A stretch of 64,000 nt of DNA. Origin: a virus (taxonomy: Duplodnaviria > Caudoviricetes). The stretch lies in the IMG/VR virus record IMGVR_UViG_3300033120_000461, positions 1-64,000 of that record, one strand, 5' to 3'. How positions within the stretch are numbered: the first letter of the stretch is position 1; every line of letters begins with the position of its first letter. Under the pieces are notes generated by a model. The model made no database searches. It was not told the origin of the DNA and saw only the letters and a program-made list of their open reading frames with translations. Both the position numbers and the translations under genes were made by a program. Shown here in pieces: positions 57,606 to 64,000 of this stretch.

Positions 57606-58142
57606 TCATTTCTGCTTACTCTTTGAGACACTTTTTTTTGAAGCTCTCTTTTTTTTGGTTTCTTGGACAGTGCCTTTTGGTTTCCCTCTGGGAGTAGTGA
57701 ACGCTGCGTTCCCCCAACCAAGACGGATCCTGGCAAGCAGTCTGTCGTAAGAGATCTTCAGCTTCCGAGCCCAAGCTCTCTTGGTGCGGAGAACCCCATC
57801 GACCATGACCATATGGTCAGCATGGCTGTTTAGCCCTTGATTCTGTTGTGACGCTGTCTGCCAACTACACTCTCCGGGGCCATAGTCACTGAAAGGAGTG
57901 AGACGTCCTATGGTCTTGTTCGCAGGTCGTTCACCCATGTCCTGGAGGAAGTTCTCAAACTTGCGCCACCTCTCTACGACACAAACTCCAGCTCCCCCGT
58001 AGTTTTCGTAAGAGGGATGCTTCTTGTCGCAGCACCTTTGGATCATGGCTCTCCACGTGGTGTACGTGGGAGACTCTCTCCGACCATCCTCACGCATGGT
58101 GCGATGGCCATGCAAGTGACTCGGGTGCCTATTCTTCTTCAT
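57606..58142 (-). CDS. HNH-homing-endonuclease-related protein with a basic tail
   Basis: PTYTTWRAMIQRC...YENYGGAGVCVVERWRKFENFLQDMGERP...TIGR...CSWQTASQQ. Confidence 0.7.
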   Translation of the reverse strand: MKKNRHPSHLHGHRTMREDGRRESPTYTTWRAMIQRCCDKKHPSYENYGGAGVCVVERWRKFENFLQDMGERPANKTIGRLTPFSDYGPGECSWQTASQQNQGLNSHADHMVMVDGVLRTKRAWARKLKISYDRLLARIRLGWGNAAFTTPRGKPKGTVQETKKKRASKKSVSKSKQK

Positions 58143-58986
58143 CGAAACCCAGAAGTCCCCCAAGACTTGTTGGGGCGCTAACAACTTGAGGTGTCACAAC
58201 CTCCTCCCACACACCACCTCTCTTTGGGAGCGTGAAGATTTCCCCGAGAGGAGCAAGACGTTCTTTTGCTACCTCCAAGGACTTGGGGGATATGTCGCAG
58301 CCAGCAAAGGACCGGCCGGACTTCAACGCAGCTTCACCACAAGATGCAGATCCCATGAATGGGTCAATCACCAGGTCTCCTGGATTGCTGGAGTTTTCGA
58401 TCAGGGTTCGTAGGAGTGAGACGGGCTTCTCAGTTGGGTATGCCTTATCCACTCTCGGTGCAGGGAGAACATCAGGCCACCCCAGATGGTTGAGTTTCCG
58501 CTTTCCCTTTTCAAGGAAGGAGATCTCCTCCTTCGAGTTCCGCCAATGGTACCCCATACCAATCTTGACATCATCCTCGGACAGTTCCTTTTCAGGATCA
58601 ATGACCTCGCCATCGTCCTTCCCACATACCTTCACCCATGAAAGACTCTTCCAGAAGACAAACCCAGCCTCACGGCCCATGGGCCTGACCACATCGATCA
58701 TGGTCTCTTGGTCAGAAATCATGTAGAGATGGGAGTTCTTCTTCAGAACACGGTAGATTTCTGAGAGCAGTTCAGGAACCCTATGGTTCCTGAAGATCTC
58801 GAACCATTCGTTCGAGGAGCCATCACTGACCTTCAGTCGAGTCGTGGTTCCCTTACTCCGATGCTTCTCCAAGCTCTCATATGCGTAGTCCGTGACACAC
58901 AAGTCTACACTCTCATCTGGTAGAGTTTTCAACCACGCCACGCTGTCCATTTGAGTGAGTGAGAACTTGGAAGGTTTATCAGTCAT
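58129..58986 (-). CDS. Beta-class DNA amino-methyltransferase (N4-C/N6-A) with variant motif IV
   Basis: DSVAWLKTLPDESVDLCVTDYAY, YPTEKPVSLL, VIDPFMGSAS. Ends in TAG. Confidence 0.85.
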   Translation of the reverse strand: MTDKPSKFSLTQMDSVAWLKTLPDESVDLCVTDYAYESLEKHRSKGTTTRLKVSDGSSNEWFEIFRNHRVPELLSEIYRVLKKNSHLYMISDQETMIDVVRPMGREAGFVFWKSLSWVKVCGKDDGEVIDPEKELSEDDVKIGMGYHWRNSKEEISFLEKGKRKLNHLGWPDVLPAPRVDKAYPTEKPVSLLRTLIENSSNPGDLVIDPFMGSASCGEAALKSGRSFAGCDISPKSLEVAKERLAPLGEIFTLPKRGGVWEEVVTPQVVSAPTSLGGLLGFDEEE

Positions 58987-59001
58987 TGCTGTCTCCTAGA
59001 A

Positions 59002-59069
59002 TGGACCTTGACGGAATCGAACCGCCACCCCCGCCAATGCAGGGACGCTCCCAAAATAAGCCTAGGCCC
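59002..59069 (-). ncRNA. tRNA-Ala-like RNA with a collapsed anticodon loop
   Basis: GGGCCT AG GCTT ATTTTGG GAGC GT CCCTGC ATTG GCGGGG GT GGCGG TTCGATT CCGTC A AGGTCC A: G3-U70, A73, D-arm and T-arm present, 4-nt central loop. Confidence 0.6.
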
Positions 59070-59090
59070 TAGAAACCTCAAACTTAGCCT

Positions 59091-59354
59091 ATGAAAAATC
59101 CACACTGGTTCGTGTACGTCTTGCAAGGTTCTGGAAAGCCCGTGTTCTACACGGGCTGCACCACAGACCTATCCAGAAGGATTCTCCAACACAATGGAAA
59201 AATGGAGGGAGGAGCAAAGTTCACCAGACAATACCGACCTTGGGTAGTGGCTAAGATCTACGGACCCTTCCCCGATAGAAGTGCTGCTCAGAAGGCTGAG
59301 TACAAAGTGAAGAGACTTCGAGGCCCCAAGAGACTCCAATGGTCAGGGCTTTGA
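59091..59354 (+). CDS. GIY-YIG nuclease (Slx1/YhbQ-like)
   Basis: WFVYVLQ...FYTGCTTDLSRRILQHNG...GGAKFTRQYRPW...AQKAEYKVK. Confidence 0.9.
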   Translation: MKNPHWFVYVLQGSGKPVFYTGCTTDLSRRILQHNGKMEGGAKFTRQYRPWVVAKIYGPFPDRSAAQKAEYKVKRLRGPKRLQWSGL

Positions 59355-59445
59355 TTCTGGTTGGTCTGGTTGGCTGCAACTCTTTGGTACTGGTTGCGTG
59401 GCAAGGAGACCCGTTGGGGGAGGTCTTTGTTGAGTTTGGTTGTCA

Positions 59446-59811
59446 TCAACCGAACTCAACCCGAGTCAAGAAGAGCACGCCATTTTCAATCCTGGCTTGT
59501 CTCTTCTCGATATTCTCTGGTGGTGGGCTGTAGGTGTCCTCATCTACTGTGGCATTCGCATTCGTCTGAGGTACTTCCGTACCCACACGGCCAGGACCAC
59601 GCTTGTTGACCACACGAACAAGGGCATTGAACTCCAACTGACGATCTCGATCGAACGTCCAGCAATGGCGCCCTTTCCTCTGCTTTGTGGCCTTGTTGTC
59701 GAACTCCGAATGCCAAGCAATCACGCTTCGTACAATGGAACCCAAAGGGCTCTCTTTCCAGACAACACCATTGGAGGCCAAGACCTCAACACCACAGAAG
59801 GCACATTTCAT
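59446..59811 (-). CDS. Hypothetical protein
   Basis: GAGG SD; MKCAFCG start; favoured over the antisense 59440-59817 ORF. Confidence 0.5.
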   Translation of the reverse strand: MKCAFCGVEVLASNGVVWKESPLGSIVRSVIAWHSEFDNKATKQRKGRHCWTFDRDRQLEFNALVRVVNKRGPGRVGTEVPQTNANATVDEDTYSPPPENIEKRQARIENGVLFLTRVEFG

Positions 59812-59820
59812 AGCTGAACC

Positions 59821-60216
59821 TCATTCCTTTTTTGCACACTCAGGTTTCCAGGTAAGCAAACCCTCTTCAGATGTACGCTGGAAACCATTTTTCAGGTAGA
59901 ACCGTTTCTGATCTTCAGGATCCTCGCCATACCCACCAGGTGTGACAACCACCAGTTGTGGTGACTGCTCCCAAGCAGCCTTGAGTGCTGCCTGAAGAAT
60001 CAGGCTACCTGCCCCTTGGCCTCTTCCAAAACTATGAGGCACGTTCACCCGATTGATGTACCAGCACTTCCCAGAGGTAGGCAATCCAGGTACCTTCAAA
60101 ATCTCTGCATCAATGAGGGTCAGGGATGCGATGGCTAGACGATGACCTTTAACCAAGCTTGCCGAAACCTCCATATCGTTGCGGTTGACATGGACTGGTA
60201 GGGCAAGCTCATTCAT
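59821..60216 (-). CDS. GNAT acetyltransferase
   Basis: WYINRVNVPHSFGRGQGAGSLIL and FYLKNGF; start moved to ATG 60216. Confidence 0.85.
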   Translation of the reverse strand: MNELALPVHVNRNDMEVSASLVKGHRLAIASLTLIDAEILKVPGLPTSGKCWYINRVNVPHSFGRGQGAGSLILQAALKAAWEQSPQLVVVTPGGYGEDPEDQKRFYLKNGFQRTSEEGLLTWKPECAKKE

Positions 60217-60727
60217 GTGGATCGCCTTCATCAAGGGCACAGAAACAATCTTGCATGAGCGCTGACTGCTTCTGCACCTCATCATCCTCTTCTGAAATGC
60301 GGAACCCATGAGAGGTCACTTCCACAGGAGTCATCTTACCCCCATTGTAGTCAAACACCCTCACGTTGCTGCGGTGGATGGTCTCTACCGTTGTGTAGCT
60401 GGTTCTCAACCGTAAGTTGGGTAGTTGGTTGAGCATGATGCACAGGGATAGCTCGCGCACCACCACGTCACTCTCTGTGAACAGAAGCACAGGCCCATGA
60501 GTGCACCTCTCTACAGCGGCACGAGTTTCCCTCCGAGCTTGACGAACACTCAACGCGCCCGAGACTTCAAGAGAAACTCTGTTTTGCCCACGTGCGATGT
60601 CAACAAGTGGTGTACACAGCTTCTTCATCCCAAATACGATGACAAGCTGAGCACTCTCCAACGCCTCTCTTAGACTGCTGCTTGGTTTGTGTTCAGAAAA
60701 CGTCCTGGTACCCATGGATTCAATCAT
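60209..60727 (-). CDS. Hypothetical protein resembling the C-terminal part of ABC/AAA_15-type ATPases
   Basis: LLFTESDVVVRELSLCIML...Y...E...VRVF...GFRI..DDEV; no Walker A. Confidence 0.5.
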   Translation of the reverse strand: MIESMGTRTFSEHKPSSSLREALESAQLVIVFGMKKLCTPLVDIARGQNRVSLEVSGALSVRQARRETRAAVERCTHGPVLLFTESDVVVRELSLCIMLNQLPNLRLRTSYTTVETIHRSNVRVFDYNGGKMTPVEVTSHGFRISEEDDEVQKQSALMQDCFCALDEGDPHE

Positions 60728-61665
60728 CGTACGAGCTTACGGAAGGTGAGTGAGATGCGCCCATCACACTCAGTGTGGTGCTTTGGGATCTTGTGGAGGT
60801 GTGTGTCCTGATAACCACCTGGCATCACGAACAGACCACCTTGGGTCATGAGGTACTTTCCAGAGTCTGGGACATCACCCTTGTCGCCCCTCTTCTTGGT
60901 GTAGAGGTAGCGCTCCGCCCCAAACGAGATCACGGCAATCGGGTGTTGCAAGTCCTGCTCTGGCGAGTCATCAGCATGCCAACCAAGGTGTTGGAAGCGG
61001 TCTTTGTAGTAGTTGAGTACGCATACGTTGTACTCTGTACCCCTCTGGTTGAGCTTCTCCATGATGGACAAAACCGCAGGGTGCATCTCTACCGCATGGT
61101 AAGTGTGGAGTGCTTCCCTTGTCTCGTTGTTGTTGCCATACGAGTACGACTGAGGCGCATTCTCCGAAGCCATGAAGCACTCATCTCTGGGTGCAGAACG
61201 GTTCACCCAGGCTACCTCGTCACGAAGAACGGGGAAGAGGTTGAGTGTTACGAACTCTGGTTCGAATGTAGGGGTCGTCATTGGCAAGACTCTGGGGATG
61301 GGTAGATGGTTTTGAGCGATGTCGCTGAAGTCGATCTTGTATACAGAGAGCAACTTCAGATCAATATCCAGTTCGAGAACATGAAGGAAACCACTTCGAA
61401 TCGATGAATACAAGTCGAATTCAAGGAATTCGTCTTTTAGTATGTCAACATCCACCTGGGAGATGGTGGACACAAGAAAGACCAGACAGTCCTTCAGGAT
61501 GTTGCACATGTAGTACAGGTTCAGACCTTGAGGGGTCTGTGCGATGTAGATAACTGGCACCCCATCGTACTCGAATATGACCTCGTGAGGTTCATGTGCT
61601 TCGATACCCTCAAGAGGGTAGACCACGGCATCAGGCTTGAGGTGTGAACTACCTGAGTACATCAT
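60724..61665 (-). CDS. alkB: AlkB-family 2OG-Fe(II) dioxygenase with an N-terminal extra domain
   Basis: CVLNYYKD, LGWHADD (HxD), IAVISFGAER, HLHKIPK, RISLTFR. Confidence 0.9.
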   Translation of the reverse strand: MMYSGSSHLKPDAVVYPLEGIEAHEPHEVIFEYDGVPVIYIAQTPQGLNLYYMCNILKDCLVFLVSTISQVDVDILKDEFLEFDLYSSIRSGFLHVLELDIDLKLLSVYKIDFSDIAQNHLPIPRVLPMTTPTFEPEFVTLNLFPVLRDEVAWVNRSAPRDECFMASENAPQSYSYGNNNETREALHTYHAVEMHPAVLSIMEKLNQRGTEYNVCVLNYYKDRFQHLGWHADDSPEQDLQHPIAVISFGAERYLYTKKRGDKGDVPDSGKYLMTQGGLFVMPGGYQDTHLHKIPKHHTECDGRISLTFRKLVR

Positions 61666-62117
61666 TTGAGCAACGATCCAAAGCGATCAGGCAACTGGAG
61701 GTGCGCTGGCGTTGAGTCAAAGAACTTGCTGTTGAGGTACTGAGCGACCCCTTTGTTGTGGATGAGGATATCGCAACGAAAGATCCCAGCTGCTTTTTCT
61801 TCCTCGGTCTGCTCGACGGCAATCACTTCCCATGCTGGGTGAAGGAAACGTTCCAACGTTGCCTTCACGGCATCATCGACAATCTTAGTGTATGCGGCTT
61901 TGAACCGCTTCAACCTCGCCTTTGACCAAGCCCGCTTGAATGGCTGGCCAACACGAATCAAGTCGATTGTCTTCGCATCGAAGAACTTCGTGCGAGCAAG
62001 CTTACCTAATGCGAGTTTCAAGGCCTCAACATCTTGCTTTGAAGCATGGGTCCTACGTGCTTGACGCACACACCAATGCGCCAGCTTCGAATGCTTCACC
62101 CTACGAAATCGCTTCAT
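61662..62117 (-). CDS. Hypothetical protein
   Basis: 151 aa, coupled on both sides. Confidence 0.65.
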   Translation of the reverse strand: MKRFRRVKHSKLAHWCVRQARRTHASKQDVEALKLALGKLARTKFFDAKTIDLIRVGQPFKRAWSKARLKRFKAAYTKIVDDAVKATLERFLHPAWEVIAVEQTEEEKAAGIFRCDILIHNKGVAQYLNSKFFDSTPAHLQLPDRFGSLLK

Positions 62118-62632
62118 GGGTTCAACTTCATGCCACGCAGACCCATGTCCTTCAGAGCGAGGAATGCTTCAGCATTTCCCCGAGCGTCATCCACAGGGTC
62201 ATGAGTGTGTTTGGTCTGTCGGAGGTGCTTGAAGTTCAGACTCATGTCCTTGACCAAGCCCTTGTAGAGAGAGCCAAGGTTTGTTGATGAGAACCCAAAT
62301 GGGCAGCCTCCTGTGAAATGATGGAAGTACCAGCAGATGAACATCCAATCAAACCCGTTGTTGTCCGAGATGAATCTTGGGTTTGGGATCTGCTTCAACC
62401 ATTCCCCAAATGCGGCCATCGAGAGACTGGGAGAAGGGAATGCAAGTGTCTCTTCTCGGGTGTGTCCACTGATGGACAGAGCCTTCGGGTCCCACTTATC
62501 CGAGATAGGGGCGAGCTTCCTTCCGAAAGACCTACGTAGGCCTGGCTCGACAACAACAGCCCCAAGAGAGATCATCGAGTAGTCCCCAGGAATGGGGCCA
62601 TCGGCTTCAACATCAACCATTACGTATGTCAC
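62114..62632 (-). CDS. DEDDh 3'-5' exonuclease (RNase AS/Rv2179c-like)
   Basis: VMVDVEADGP, SDNNGFDWMF, THDPVDDARGNA. Confidence 0.9.
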   Translation of the reverse strand: MTYVMVDVEADGPIPGDYSMISLGAVVVEPGLRRSFGRKLAPISDKWDPKALSISGHTREETLAFPSPSLSMAAFGEWLKQIPNPRFISDNNGFDWMFICWYFHHFTGGCPFGFSSTNLGSLYKGLVKDMSLNFKHLRQTKHTHDPVDDARGNAEAFLALKDMGLRGMKLNP

Positions 62633-63189
62633 GAGACCACCTTCTTGGGAGTTGGGACTGGAACATCAGCACACACGAACTTTGGCAAAAGACCCAGTGT
62701 CTTCGCAGCTTCAGTCATACGCACTGTGGCATCATCGAATGCCTGACTAACGTTTCGAAGCCCGAGTTCACACGCACAGTCTACTTTGTACGTGATGAAG
62801 TCATGAATCGTGTGGTCTTTGCCAAACGGGGTTTTGCAGATTGGACACTCCACACGACTAGCGTCTCGAAGAGTGATGGCGACATGGCGTTCGGTAGGCT
62901 TCGAGCAACCTTCCACAAGTGTCATTTTTGGGGCGAGCCAGTCAAAAGCGGCGTTAAAAAGCCTGGTGGAGGCTACCACCAATTCTTTCGCCTCCACTTC
63001 TTCGAGTCGGAGAGGGCACCAATCAGGTGGAGAATTGGAAGAACCACCCAAAACAACGGGTCTTTCAGTCAAACTCCCGATTGGGGTTGGGTCTTTCTTG
63101 CAGTGTGCAGGAGCCCAGTAACTCCCATGGTCATCAATCCTACGTGCGTAGTGGGAACAATCGCTACAGGTCTTTGGAAGAGAGTTCAT
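62629..63189 (-). CDS. Cys-rich hypothetical protein
   Basis: CSDCSH...PPDWCPL...CPICK; start moved to the coupled ATG 63189. Confidence 0.65.
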   Translation of the reverse strand: MNSLPKTCSDCSHYARRIDDHGSYWAPAHCKKDPTPIGSLTERPVVLGGSSNSPPDWCPLRLEEVEAKELVVASTRLFNAAFDWLAPKMTLVEGCSKPTERHVAITLRDASRVECPICKTPFGKDHTIHDFITYKVDCACELGLRNVSQAFDDATVRMTEAAKTLGLLPKFVCADVPVPTPKKVVS

Positions 63190-63656
63190 GATTCTCCTTG
63201 TAACGGTTGACCCAGGTCTTTTTCCGAGAGACGATCCTTCAACCTCTGGATTTCCCAAGTTTTCTCTACAAGAAGATCACTCAGCCTAAGGTTTTCCTGA
63301 GTCTTCTCTTCAAGGAGAACTTTTTGTCTCGCACAGGTCTTCTCCGCCTCCAAGAGTTCTTGGACCTTTTGGTCAAGACGAGACTCAAGAGTCTCATAGG
63401 CAAAGTGGTCAACGAGAACGACCGAATCAAAGTGACCCATTCTCCGAGTAGCCCCTTGACCAACAAAGACTATCTGTGGTTTTGCCCCCTCGTTCGAGGG
63501 GTCCTCCGCTGAATTCCAAAGCTGAGAGAACGAGGCCCTATTTTGTCTTGCACTCTCCTCAGTGGCGCACACGAAGAGAACACTCCGGCCAGACTTGAGG
63601 GTCTGAAGTGCAGCTTCGAGTACGACAGTTGTGCTTCCGGTCCTACGACTGGTCAT
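63186..63656 (-). CDS. Hypothetical protein (degenerate P-loop-like N-terminus, coiled-coil C-terminus)
   Basis: RRTGSTT...RSVLFVC...VLVDH. Confidence 0.55.
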   Translation of the reverse strand: MTSRRTGSTTVVLEAALQTLKSGRSVLFVCATEESARQNRASFSQLWNSAEDPSNEGAKPQIVFVGQGATRRMGHFDSVVLVDHFAYETLESRLDQKVQELLEAEKTCARQKVLLEEKTQENLRLSDLLVEKTWEIQRLKDRLSEKDLGQPLQGES

Positions 63657-63999
63657 TGGTTGGGTCCTGGCTTTGGGTCTCAATGAGATGGAGGAGTTGC
63701 CTCAAGGCAGCATGGGCGTGAATCATCGCATTGGAGATCATGAGGCCCTCGGGTATTCCCTCAGAGTCATAGTCGAAGGCGCCATTGTATAGTTCAGTTT
63801 GGATCTCCTCCTTGGGAGTGCACCCAATAGAAGACAGAGCTTCTTCTAGGGCTTCAATCCGGCACTCCCGTTCCTTCGAAACAGAATCAGACTCATCTTG
63901 TTCTTCTTCAGCCCTCGCCTCTTGGATGAGTTGCTCAATTTCTTCGCGGAAGACATCGTCATCGTCATCCCAGATAGTGCTTTTGGCAGTGCCTCCTAT
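63643..63999 (-). CDS. 5'-truncated acidic hypothetical protein
   Basis: Open frame from the window end (IGGTAKSTIWDDDDDVFREE...) to TAG 63643. Confidence 0.6.
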   Translation of the reverse strand: MGGTAKSTIWDDDDDVFREEIEQLIQEARAEEEQDESDSVSKERECRIEALEEALSSIGCTPKEEIQTELYNGAFDYDSEGIPEGLMISNAMIHAHAALRQLLHLIETQSQDPTNDQS

Positions 64000-64000
64000 T

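Noticed and set aside
1-64000. Genome-wide amber recoding (genetic code 15)
   Set aside because: ORFs of 1000-3600 aa are open in the standard code, coding density is high, and TAG terminates several genes at sensible boundaries.

Overview
A 64-kb fragment of a large, tailed, myovirus-like (probably jumbo) phage genome read in the standard code; the host cannot be determined from the window. Genes are densely packed and mostly on the minus strand, with plus-strand islands at 1-2116, 6910-10511, 38730-41381 and 59091-59354. A virion block (11.6-30.8 kb, 36.0-38.6 kb, 41.6-54.1 kb) holds a baseplate J-like gene, a gp25-like gene, a P2 I/gp7-like wedge gene, a holin-like gene and a 3599-aa protein. 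Accessory regions encode two DNA methyltransferases, an HNH-RNA ligase fusion, a 2H phosphoesterase, an ATP-grasp fusion, a dual-specificity phosphatase, an ADP-ribosylglycohydrolase, AlkB, a GNAT, a DEDDh exonuclease and HNH/GIY-YIG nucleases. The most striking element is a minus-strand operon at 2094-6815. A short leader ORF with an in-frame amber codon just before an RGPP arrest-like motif precedes a conserved ORF, a PTH2-like peptidyl-tRNA hydrolase and an unannotated tRNA with a CUA (amber suppressor) anticodon, followed by an ATP-grasp fusion, a muramidase-like gene and dam. This looks like an amber-readthrough-sensing translational control circuit (inference). Also notable: a tRNA-Ala-like RNA with a collapsed 4-nt anticodon loop, a four-copy dispersed palindrome with a compensatory base change, a degenerate RecA, and a tandem pair of degenerate prohead-protease-like genes, one of them frameshifted. 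All family assignments come from motif recognition by eye, not database searches.
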